This document shows, piece after piece, positions 33,888-40,393 of a stretch of 46,302 nt of DNA. The notes under the pieces were generated by a model. The model saw only the letters and a list, made by a program, of their open reading frames with translations. It made no database searches and was not told the origin of the DNA. The stretch comes from a virus, in the IMG/VR virus record IMGVR_UViG_3300005056_000005, positions 1 through 46,302 of that record, one strand, 5' to 3'. Each line of letters starts with the position of its first letter. Position 1 is the stretch's first letter. A program made the translations under genes and the position numbers.

Positions 33888-34076
33888 GTGGATTATTTCA
33901 AATTAGGTGATTTAGTAATAATAAATAATAGAGTGTTCAGAGTTGAGTATATATCGACAAATAAATTCTCTCATATCCCTGATGGCTTCTTACGCGAGAA
34001 AAGCGGAGCGTATCATAACCCCAAGTTTTGCAGACGATACGAAGGCGCTGAGAGCGTCCTAGAAGGGATTTTATAA
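33888..34076 (+). CDS. early hypothetical protein (62 aa, GTG start)
   Basis: An ORF in the operon with a weak RBS. Confidence 0.5.
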   Translation: MDYFKLGDLVIINNRVFRVEYISTNKFSHIPDGFLREKSGAYHNPKFCRRYEGAESVLEGIL

Positions 34077-34095
34077 AAACCGGAAGGAATAAATT

Positions 34096-34281
34096 ATGAC
34101 TATAAAAACTATTGTAAGTTGCGATGCTGCCGGATGTTCAGAAGAGCTAGAGGCTGATTTAAAATACTGGGTTCATGGGGCATTGATAACGGCTGGCTGG
34201 CTGCACTTCAATGATGGGTCTTCACAATACTGCCCAGAACACAAAGAAGCGGTGATAAAAGAAATAGGGGTCTTAAAGTGA
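34096..34281 (+). CDS. early hypothetical Cys/His protein (61 aa)
   Basis: SD GGAAGGA. The motifs CDAAGC...YCPEH suggest a small zinc-binding fold. Confidence 0.65.
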   Translation: MTIKTIVSCDAAGCSEELEADLKYWVHGALITAGWLHFNDGSSQYCPEHKEAVIKEIGVLK

Positions 34282-34508
34282 ATATCGATATAAAAGAATT
34301 TTTAGAAGAGCACGCTGGCAAAACGATGTGTTTTTCATACTATTACAAACACACATTTACCTATATTTTCCAGGAATCTGAAGACTTATATATTATAACA
34401 TGCGGAGTTATAAACGGCGGTCTTTGCCGCGAAAGATGGGCAATTGAGGAGGAGATTAGACCCATCTTAATTAACTCAATATCAACAATAACTATTAAAA
34501 ATAAATGA
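34278..34508 (+). CDS. early hypothetical protein (76 aa, GTG start overlapping the upstream stop)
   Basis: GTGA overlap. It is the last ORF before the terminator. Confidence 0.6.
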   Translation: MNIDIKEFLEEHAGKTMCFSYYYKHTFTYIFQESEDLYIITCGVINGGLCRERWAIEEEIRPILINSISTITIKNK

Positions 34509-34521
34509 GAGAGGTAAATAA

Positions 34522-34863
34522 TCAAATAGCGGCTACTAAATGCCGCTTTTTTTTCGAATTAGAAAAACCCTGAATTAACGGGTGATTTTCTGAAATGGCT
34601 TGAGCTATAACGCTGTGCTGATCGTGTTTAACAGCATACTGAATAAGATGGTTTTTAAATTCATCCATGCCGCCCATTATTCTGCTAACATTTCCAGTGG
34701 ATGTTTTGCCAAGCTCGGCCAATTCGCTTCTCTTAATAGTGTTGTAATGCCGCTCTTTTGTTAACTCGCAAGCTAAGCCGAGTATTTCACGGCGTCTAAC
34801 TGTTAATTTTTTATATTCGATAGTCATTTGTTTATTGTGACAGTGTTGTCTGTATTTGTCCAC
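34522..34863 (-). CDS. HTH DNA-binding protein (transcription regulator), last gene of the leftward operon
   Basis: HTH-like RSELAELGKTSTGNVSRIMGG. The alternative start is MTIEYKKL. Confidence 0.65.
   Translation of the reverse strand: MDKYRQHCHNKQMTIEYKKLTVRRREILGLACELTKERHYNTIKRSELAELGKTSTGNVSRIMGGMDEFKNHLIQYAVKHDQHSVIAQAISENHPLIQGFSNSKKKRHLVAAI
34528..34555 (+). terminator. rho-independent terminator (AGCGGC-tactaaat-GCCGCT-T8), possibly bidirectional between convergent operons
   Basis: A 6-bp GC-rich stem followed by TTTTTTTT. It overlaps the 3' end of the convergent minus-strand gene. Confidence 0.75.
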
Positions 34864-34890
34864 TAGTCAGTGTTGATGATTAATCGATCC

Positions 34891-35091
34891 TTATTCGCTA
34901 CACCCCTCAGCCCAAATAACAAGCTTCCCGGGTGCGATCTCCTCAAAACAAGAATTGCCAACAGTCCAATAACAATCATCCCATTGAAAAACAACCTGAA
35001 AATCGTCGGGGTACTCCTCTAGTTTTTTTTTCATTTCCGAAACCGTCATTGTTGGCTTTTTCCCTCTCTCGTTAATCTCTGTAGTGATCAT
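34891..35091 (-). CDS. hypothetical protein (66 aa)
   Basis: ATGA overlap with the upstream gene. Confidence 0.65.
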   Translation of the reverse strand: MITTEINERGKKPTMTVSEMKKKLEEYPDDFQVVFQWDDCYWTVGNSCFEEIAPGKLVIWAEGCSE

Positions 35092-35741
35092 TGTGATCGG
35101 GCGCTCCTGGCGTCGTATTGTTCAATGCCCCACGCAATGGCGTAGAGACACCAAATATAATGGAAGGTGTGCTTCTCACAGCCACCGCTGTCAAAAAAGT
35201 CATCGAACTGAAGGCCGTCGTGTTCGAAATTATAAACAGCGGCGTATGCGGCATGCTCACCGTTATCGATTTCAGACAGTACGTGGGTGTCAATCTCTTC
35301 CTTCAGGTGGTCAGGCCATTCAGCGTCGCCTTCACCCGCGCTTTCTATCCACGCGTCAAAATACTGCCCCACTCGCGCCCTGAAAGCCTCCTCGTCAAAT
35401 TCTTTGTAGCCGCCCGGCTGCGAAATGCTCAGTAATTTTTCACCCCAATACCCGGAATTGATAAAAAGCGTTAGTTCGGGGTGCGATTCTTTGTACCTTT
35501 GTTCCGTCCTGAAAAATTCGAACATGTCTGTGATACGATTAAACACATATGTTCCGCAGTCGCCGGTCACGCAAAGGTGCTCTGGCCAAGTGATTAATTC
35601 GAAGTGGTAACAACCAGTGCCTGGCCGCTTGAATTGAATGTGCCTGTTTACCCCATCGTCTCGTTCAACGTGCATTTCGTGTTCTTTAACGTCTTTTAAA
35701 AATCGTTCTTCAGTACAGTAATCCATGCTTTTAATCCTCAT
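35088..35741 (-). CDS. conserved hypothetical protein (217 aa; alternative start at 35726 with SD AGGA)
   Basis: A long ORF. The block HVERDDGVNRHIQFKRPGTGCYHFELITWPEHLCVTGDCGTYVF resembles a widespread prophage/plasmid ORFan family (recollection only). Confidence 0.75.
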   Translation of the reverse strand: MRIKSMDYCTEERFLKDVKEHEMHVERDDGVNRHIQFKRPGTGCYHFELITWPEHLCVTGDCGTYVFNRITDMFEFFRTEQRYKESHPELTLFINSGYWGEKLLSISQPGGYKEFDEEAFRARVGQYFDAWIESAGEGDAEWPDHLKEEIDTHVLSEIDNGEHAAYAAVYNFEHDGLQFDDFFDSGGCEKHTFHYIWCLYAIAWGIEQYDARSARSQ

Positions 35742-35753
35742 AGTAAAATTTTT

Positions 35754-35915
35754 TCACCCATCGATTCTGTTAGATTCTTCGTGCTCCATGCAAAGTAAAT
35801 GAGCCTTAATTGCAATGTCTTTGTTTTTAATATCATTGGTCATAACAATAGCTTCATCGTAACGGCCCTCTAAGCATAGCCTTTTTATTTCGGGGATTAG
35901 CTCTATTTGCTCCAT
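35754..35915 (-). CDS. small hypothetical protein (53 aa)
   Basis: My own translation gives MEQIELIPEIKRLCLEGRYDEAIVMTNDIKNKDIAIKAHLLCMEHEESNRIDG. It fills the gap and overlaps the upstream stop by 13 nt. Confidence 0.45.
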   Translation of the reverse strand: MEQIELIPEIKRLCLEGRYDEAIVMTNDIKNKDIAIKAHLLCMEHEESNRIDG

Positions 35916-36091
35916 TGTTCGCGCTCCAATTCGATATCACCTACGCCATTTTTAGGCTGCTTAACTTTTGGCATCGGGGGAATGTGTTTTAGTTTTACTG
36001 CCGGTCTCTCTTGCCCACACCTCACGCATGCGGTAGGCATGTCAAAAAGCAATTTATTTTTGTGGCCGAAAATCTTACACATTAAGTTCAT
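35903..36091 (-). CDS. DUF1660-like small zinc-ribbon protein
   Basis: MNLMCKIFGHKNK...CVRCGQ resembles the prophage DUF1660 pattern CKxFGHK...CxRCG. Confidence 0.5.
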   Translation of the reverse strand: MNLMCKIFGHKNKLLFDMPTACVRCGQERPAVKLKHIPPMPKVKQPKNGVGDIELEREQWSK

Positions 36092-36094
36092 TTG

Positions 36095-36304
36095 TTATTC
36101 CCACGCATTATTAGACCCGCTACCAGACACAAACCTGGACCCAGACCTGGACCCAGACCCAGGCCTGGACCGAGACCAAGACCCAGACCTGGACCAAGAC
36201 CTAGACCCAGAACTAGACCTAGACCAAGACCCAGAACTAGACCTTTGCCTAGTTCTAGAACCAGAACTAGAACCGGACCTTTTTAATTTATTCCTACGCA
36301 TCAT
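36095..36304 (-). CDS. Ser/Gly/Arg/Trp hexamer-repeat protein, paralog 2 (69 aa)
   Basis: MMRRNKLKRS followed by (S-G/R/W)n. SD GGGAG lies 8 nt upstream. It overlaps paralog 1 by 11 nt. Confidence 0.6.
   Translation of the reverse strand: MMRRNKLKRSGSSSGSRTRQRSSSGSWSRSSSGSRSWSRSGSWSRSRPGSGSRSGSRFVSGSGSNNAWE
36113..36280. repeat. hexanucleotide array, about 28 units of (A/G)GACCN on the plus strand
   Basis: Visible as ggacccagacctggacccagacccaggcctggaccgagaccaagaccc... Confidence 0.85.
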
Positions 36305-36515
36305 CTTTACCGCTCCCAGACCTGGACCCAGACCCAGACCTGGACCCAGACCCAGACCTGGACCGAGACCAAGACCCAGACCTGGACCCAGACCCAGACC
36401 TGGACCAAGACCTAGACCCAGATCTGGACCAAGACCTAGACCCAGATCTGGACCAAGACCAAGACCCAGAACTAGACCTAGACCAAGACCGTGCCAATTT
36501 GCTACGTTTCATCAC
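36294..36515 (-). CDS. Ser/Gly/Arg/Trp hexamer-repeat protein, paralog 1 (73 aa)
   Basis: (V)MKRSKLARS followed by SWSRSSSGSWSWSRSGSRSWSRSGSRSWSRSGSGSRSGSWSRSRSGSGSRSGSGSRSGSGKDDA. There is a strong SD AAAGGGGG 7-10 nt upstream. Confidence 0.65.
   Translation of the reverse strand: MMKRSKLARSWSRSSSGSWSWSRSGSRSWSRSGSRSWSRSGSGSRSGSWSRSRSGSGSRSGSGSRSGSGKDDA
36316..36490. repeat. hexanucleotide array, about 29 units of (A/G)GACCN on the plus strand
   Basis: Visible as ccagacctggacccagacccagacctggaccc... It is the second block of the same repeat. Confidence 0.85.
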
Positions 36516-36539
36516 AGCTGGACCCCCTTTAGTCTTCGT

Positions 36540-36884
36540 TTACTTGAAAATACCGTGGCTTTCAATTGATTGCATTGCCACGCTCCATTTTCCGGGCATC
36601 TGCTCCGCATCGGACCAATCAACTGTTTTGTGGTCACCGGTGTTATACACAATCATTGCGTTTTCAAAAACAATAGAATCACCTACAATCGCTACACAAT
36701 CACCCGTATAAATATAGTTCATCGCGTAAATAGTTGGGCGTTCGCCAATATATTGACGATATTCGAGATGCGCCTTGTGATCTTCAGGAATCTGATACGC
36801 CATATTTTGAATTTCTTTTATTTGACCTAATGTTAGTTCGTTAATATCCATTTTTTTGACCTTACCTGTTAAGTGTCCTTTCAT
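36540..36884 (-). CDS. hypothetical protein (114 aa; alternative start MDINELTL at 36851)
   Basis: An ORF in the operon. Confidence 0.7.
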   Translation of the reverse strand: MKGHLTGKVKKMDINELTLGQIKEIQNMAYQIPEDHKAHLEYRQYIGERPTIYAMNYIYTGDCVAIVGDSIVFENAMIVYNTGDHKTVDWSDAEQMPGKWSVAMQSIESHGIFK

Positions 36885-36906
36885 TATGACGCCGCCGTCA
36901 CACTTG

Positions 36907-37206
36907 TCAATTATTATTTAGTAGCCCTTTGGTTTTACTTAAAAGATATTCCTCTTTGCCGTGCCTTTCCCCGAATTGATATTTGCCATCGCCATGGCGC
37001 GATTTATAACCCGGCCCGGATACTTGATGATGCCTACCGCATAGGCCGATTGTTTTTAGGTGCGCCCCTGGTTTTGTTTTTCCGTCGATATGATGTGGGC
37101 AACACTCGGTCCAGGTATCAAGCTCCAACAAGCACACGATACAGCCTAGATCGCATATTGCGCCCATCCATTCCTTTTCTTCCGCTGTGGGCGCCCTGCC
37201 CTTCAC
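36907..37206 (-). CDS. Ref-like HNH nuclease (RecA-dependent nuclease family-like)
   Basis: LGCIVCLLEL...CCPHHIDGKTKPGAHLKTIGLCGRHHQ...H...FGERHGKEEYLL matches GCxVC...HH...LCxxHH...F..G. Confidence 0.6.
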   Translation of the reverse strand: MKGRAPTAEEKEWMGAICDLGCIVCLLELDTWTECCPHHIDGKTKPGAHLKTIGLCGRHHQVSGPGYKSRHGDGKYQFGERHGKEEYLLSKTKGLLNNN

Positions 37207-37415
37207 ATTATCGCCTGAATAATTTGATCAATATCCCAAACAATTTGATAGTGGCCATCCCATTCCGCCTTGAGTTTTTTTTGACTGGGCTTTATTTCGC
37301 TAGGCCTTACCTCTCCAGTTACAGGGCTTACAGTAGACGGCTCTTTAATTTCAAACCAAAAAGTATTTCCTTTATAGCCCACTAAAATATCATCATGCCC
37401 AGGCTCTACTGACAC
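37203..37415 (-). CDS. VRR-NUC-like PD-(D/E)xK nuclease. The track ORF starts at GTG, but the homology-like region extends upstream to about 37496
   Basis: GHDDILVGYKGNTFWFEIKEP is a D...ExK motif. The upstream in-frame RVDANQSDIIDALRAIPG also matches the family N-terminus but has no ATG/GTG/TTG. Confidence 0.6.
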   Translation of the reverse strand: MSVEPGHDDILVGYKGNTFWFEIKEPSTVSPVTGEVRPSEIKPSQKKLKAEWDGHYQIVWDIDQIIQAIM

Positions 37416-37508
37416 GCCAGGAATCGCCCTGAGCGCATCAATAATGTCTGATTGGTTTGCGTCTACTCTTGCAGCCCTTCGGTATTTACTGATAATTAAT
37501 ATCTCTAG

Positions 37509-37769
37509 TTATATTTCTTTTAATAGATCAGTTGCTTCTGTATAAAGTTGGCTTTTGCATGGATCACCGGAATAATTAGCGCTTATTCCGCACTTTATTA
37601 AATCCAGCTTTTTTATTAACATTCCTTCAAGCCTCGCTACATTTTCTAGCGCTTTTTCCCCGACTTGAATGCGTGTAGCTGCCCATTCAGGCTCGCGCTT
37701 AACGGCTTGGAAAATAGTGCAATCATTGCCTTCGCTGTCATGATATATCTTTGCGGTGTTCATTTTCAT
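37509..37769 (-). CDS. hypothetical protein (86 aa)
   Basis: An ORF whose start abuts the upstream stop. Confidence 0.7.
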   Translation of the reverse strand: MKMNTAKIYHDSEGNDCTIFQAVKREPEWAATRIQVGEKALENVARLEGMLIKKLDLIKCGISANYSGDPCKSQLYTEATDLLKEI

Positions 37770-38087
37770 TTACCTATATTTTTTAGCTTCGTTATTTAAA
37801 TAAGTGTTAGCATCTTTTCTCGCCGAAGACTTTTTACTTAAAAATAGTTTTGTATAATGGTTTGAAACCTCCTGTTTTTTATCTTTCGGAATTACTGCTA
37901 TTCTAGACAGTATCCAATCACGATCACTCACACCCAATTTGCAGTAATAAAACTTGGGGTATGGGTCCATATTTATCAGTTCTTGCGGATAAGGTCCCTC
38001 AATCCTCAATAACCTTGCTCCTCTGCTATTTTGAAATACTCTGAATCTCTCGGATTTATCAAAATGATGCCTTTTTCTATCGCCCAT
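37770..38087 (-). CDS. hypothetical basic protein (105 aa; alternative start at 37970)
   Basis: An ORF. Its first 82 nt overlap the NinB-like gene, so the start is uncertain. Confidence 0.6.
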   Translation of the reverse strand: MGDRKRHHFDKSERFRVFQNSRGARLLRIEGPYPQELINMDPYPKFYYCKLGVSDRDWILSRIAVIPKDKKQEVSNHYTKLFLSKKSSARKDANTYLNNEAKKYR

Positions 38088-38479
38088 GCCTCATGACGCC
38101 GAAGAGCGTCGAATCTTTCACCTTTGGACGCTGCACGCATCCCGTCGCGGCCTTTTCTGCTCCAACTTAACCTTACCCCTTGGTTATCCGTTCCAAGCCA
38201 GTGTGAAGCAAATAAGGCGTGTGCGTCATCGCTGTTAAATTCTCGCTTTCCGTAGTTGTTTCCGGCCACGTCGATCATCAGCGGCATTGTCGCCCCGTTT
38301 TTTGCCATAAAATCGGCTGTGGTGCTCATCCAGGACCGCCAAAGTCTTGCCATGCCCCATTTTCCAGTGTTGCTAGCATCGCTCGAATTGATGATTAGAT
38401 TCGGCGATTCTTTCAGCTCGTCCTGTAGCGAATTAATTAACGCTGGTAAATTATCAATACTCAAATGAAAATCTTTCAC
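38006..38479 (-). CDS. NinB/Orf-like recombination mediator (tentative)
   Basis: The size (157 aa), the position after the P-like gene, and the blocks KWGMARLWRSWMSTTADF and GERFDALRRHEAWAIEKGI resemble lambda NinB as I recall it. Confidence 0.4.
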   Translation of the reverse strand: MKDFHLSIDNLPALINSLQDELKESPNLIINSSDASNTGKWGMARLWRSWMSTTADFMAKNGATMPLMIDVAGNNYGKREFNSDDAHALFASHWLGTDNQGVRLSWSRKGRDGMRAASKGERFDALRRHEAWAIEKGIILINPRDSEYFKIAEEQGY

Positions 38480-39120
38480 GTTTTGCCGCCTATCAATTTT
38501 GTATCGATTTTCGCTAGGGCCTGACTTAGCGGAGTTGATAGCCGGGGCTTGTCACCGCCACCCTGGAACACCGCTAGCGCTTTCTTGTGGTCACCCAGTA
38601 GGATTGGTTCTGGAATTTTAGCGTTGACGTGCTGATGATTGTGGGCCTCAGTGATGCCGATTAATTTTTTCGGCCAGCGCTCAAGTTTTGAGTTTAAAAA
38701 ACCCTTGTACCGGGTCACAAACTCATTCCGAATAAACGGCAATTCCTTTTCGGTCACTTCACAGATTGTTATCCAGCCACCCATCCCCTCGATCACGGCC
38801 ATTATTTGCGGCTCATCAAAAACAACCGTTTGATAGGATCCCGTACTAGATATCTCGGCCACGACTTTAGACCACGCCTGCAAAGCTCTGCTAGCTGTAT
38901 CGCCGTCGATGTAGCGAATCACATCAGCCGGTTTTGGCGCAAACTGTCCGCCGTCAGGGTTTCTCATGTGCGCATCTAGCGCTCTGCGAACATCATCGAG
39001 CTCGTAACTCATTAGAGATCTAAACACCATTCCAATAGCGGCGGAGCTTGGCACTTTGCCCACGACCTCGCATGTTGCCGCCCAGACTGCGCTGAATTGC
39101 TGGAAATCATTTTTATTCAT
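38476..39120 (-). CDS. lambda P-like replication protein (helicase loader)
   Basis: GGQFAPKPADVIRYI (compare lambda P PFLPSPGQFVAWC) and the C-terminal IPEP...LSQALAKI (compare IPEP...AQALAKI). It lies immediately after the initiator-like gene and has no Walker A. Confidence 0.5.
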   Translation of the reverse strand: MNKNDFQQFSAVWAATCEVVGKVPSSAAIGMVFRSLMSYELDDVRRALDAHMRNPDGGQFAPKPADVIRYIDGDTASRALQAWSKVVAEISSTGSYQTVVFDEPQIMAVIEGMGGWITICEVTEKELPFIRNEFVTRYKGFLNSKLERWPKKLIGITEAHNHQHVNAKIPEPILLGDHKKALAVFQGGGDKPRLSTPLSQALAKIDTKLIGGKT

Positions 39121-39123
39121 AAT

Positions 39124-40029
39124 TTAATCCGGTAGGTCGTCTAAAAATCCTGAGTCAATAACGTCCTGGGCTGCCCGCATTGATCGTTGCTGAAACTGGG
39201 CAATGGTTTCCGGTTGTCTGGGATCCGCTGGGGTTATTTTTGCTATGTTGTCCGCGAAATTTTCCATTTTCGTGCTCTCTCGGCAAATTAGCTCAATATC
39301 GTCATACACCGTTCCCTGGTCATTTTGGCCCATATGATGCGGCGATTTAGCGCAACCATCGATAGCCGATTTAATATAATCAACCGTGTAGCCATCTTTG
39401 AGTCTGTCAATGATTTTAGATTTTCGTTTTTTAGTGAGTTTTGTTTGATCGGTTTTGCCCATTCTGTAAACCCAATGATTAAATATTTCCTGAACATCAT
39501 CAGAAACCGGTATGTCGGGCTTGCTCGACAATGCTTTTGTATCTTTATCTTTATCTTTATCTTTATCTTTATCTTTATCTTTATCTTTATCTTTATCTTT
39601 ATGGTTAGAGTCTCGTTCCTTTTCCGTTGCAACACTAGCTAAACGTTCGCCCAACGTCTGTTTAACGTTCGTTGGTTTTTCGTTGGATTCCTGTTCTTTT
39701 TTACGCTTTCTGGCCGCTGCTGACGCTTTTCCACCTTTTGAAGAACTAATAGATTTGCTTAAAACGAACTCAAGATCACGGTCAATTCGGTCATGTTGCC
39801 AGTGTGTTTCAGTCACATTGAAAAATTCACTCAACACTTCCTCAACGTCCGTCCAACGTTCGTTGGACAAGCGTGCAACGCCAGCTAAACGCTTCTTAGG
39901 AATCGGTTTGCCTGTTTGCCAATAATTCATCATAAGCAGAAGATATGCCCCGTTTTCCTCCGTCGTTAAATGGAACGTATCAGCGATGTAATCGGCCACA
40001 TATAGCTGCATATAAGGTAAAGCTGCCAT
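39124..40029 (-). CDS. replication initiator-like protein: DUF1376 (YdaU) N-domain, (KD)10 linker, conserved phage C-terminal domain
   Basis: LPYMQLYVADYIADTFHLTTEENGAYLLLMMNYWQTGKPIP matches DUF1376. The C-terminal FNHWVYRMGK...KRKSKIIDRLKDGYTVDYIKSAIDGCAKSPHHMGQND resembles Phg_2220_C. Confidence 0.8.
   Translation of the reverse strand: MAALPYMQLYVADYIADTFHLTTEENGAYLLLMMNYWQTGKPIPKKRLAGVARLSNERWTDVEEVLSEFFNVTETHWQHDRIDRDLEFVLSKSISSSKGGKASAAARKRKKEQESNEKPTNVKQTLGERLASVATEKERDSNHKDKDKDKDKDKDKDKDKDKDTKALSSKPDIPVSDDVQEIFNHWVYRMGKTDQTKLTKKRKSKIIDRLKDGYTVDYIKSAIDGCAKSPHHMGQNDQGTVYDDIELICRESTKMENFADNIAKITPADPRQPETIAQFQQRSMRAAQDVIDSGFLDDLPD
39541..39600. repeat. perfect hexanucleotide microsatellite (ATCTTT)x10, encoding (KD)10 on the minus strand
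   Basis: Counted directly: 60 nt, 83% A+T. Confidence 0.95.
39631..39686. repeat. cluster I of 11-bp-phased AACGT(T/C) / CGTTGG motifs (candidate iterons)
   Basis: AACGT starts at 39642, 39653 and 39664, with a degenerate AACAC at 39631. CGTTGG occurs at 39670 and 39681. Confidence 0.5.
39844..39893. repeat. cluster II of 11-bp-phased AACG(T/C) motifs, including the palindrome CCAACGttCGTTGG (39853..39866)
   Basis: AACG starts at 39844, 39855, 39877 and 39888. Confidence 0.5.
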
Positions 40030-40043
40030 GATTTCCCCTTTAG

Positions 40044-40247
40044 CTATTCAGCTTCCTTTATCCACCTGTCAAGCGCTTCTTTTTCGTATCGCACTGGTGA
40101 TGTTTTGCTCTTGCCTAGCTTTGAGTACTTTGGTGCGTCTCTACCTGCAAGAACTCCAGTAGACCTGCCTATTCTTAGTGTCCCTGGAGAGTAACCCAGG
40201 TAAATTGCAGCCTGCTTTGCCGTCAAAAACGCTCTTTCTTCACTCAT
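40044..40247 (-). CDS. small HTH DNA-binding protein (AlpA/excisionase-type fold), first gene of the leftward operon (Cro-like position)
   Basis: FLTAKQAAIYLGYSPGTLRIGR...VRYEKEALDRWI matches the HTH_17/AlpA pattern. Confidence 0.7.
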   Translation of the reverse strand: MSEERAFLTAKQAAIYLGYSPGTLRIGRSTGVLAGRDAPKYSKLGKSKTSPVRYEKEALDRWIKEAE

Positions 40248-40278
40248 TATGTTGACTCTTTATTGATTTTGAGATTAG

Positions 40279-40307
40279 ACAATAATACACGAGTTAGTAT
40301 AAGTCAA
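40279..40307 (-). promoter_or_regulatory. candidate leftward promoter TTGACT-17-TATTGT
   Basis: On the minus strand the -35 is 40307..40302 and the -10 is 40284..40279. The -35 lies inside the inverted repeat AGTATAA-N8-TTATACT (40296..40317). Confidence 0.4.
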
Positions 40308-40333
40308 CTATTATACTTTCTTGTAAATATATG

Positions 40334-40362
40334 TTGACAGTCATGTTAACTATTGCTAAATT
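40334..40362 (+). promoter_or_regulatory. candidate rightward promoter TTGACA-17-TAAATT
   Basis: It has a consensus -35 and a 17-nt spacer. It lies inside the track ORF start, so the CDS more likely begins at 40394. Confidence 0.5.
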
Positions 40363-40393
40363 AGATCCATCGAATCAATTAACGAGAAGACAA

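Noticed and set aside
35907-36569. A 220-aa plus-strand ORF (and 36092..36286) encoding Pro-Asp/Leu-Asp and then Pro-Arg-Gly repeats (PRPGPRPRPGPRP...), reminiscent of proline-arginine antimicrobial peptides.
   Set aside because: All frames are open across a hexamer array, so the ORF is not informative on its own. The plus-strand ORF is antisense to the whole operon, starts inside the antisense of another gene, and has no SD. It also reads the two repeat blocks in different frames. The minus strand gives two paralogs with conserved N-termini, SDs and coupled overlap. The ambiguity is flagged in the finding and is testable by strand-specific data.
39288-39925. Track ORFs 39288..39635 (-), 39325..39642 (+) and 39512..39925 (+), which read through the microsatellite as (KI)n, (IF)n or (SL)n.
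   Set aside because: They are alternative frames of the (ATCTTT)10 repeat inside the well-supported DUF1376 initiator gene, so they are repeat artefacts.
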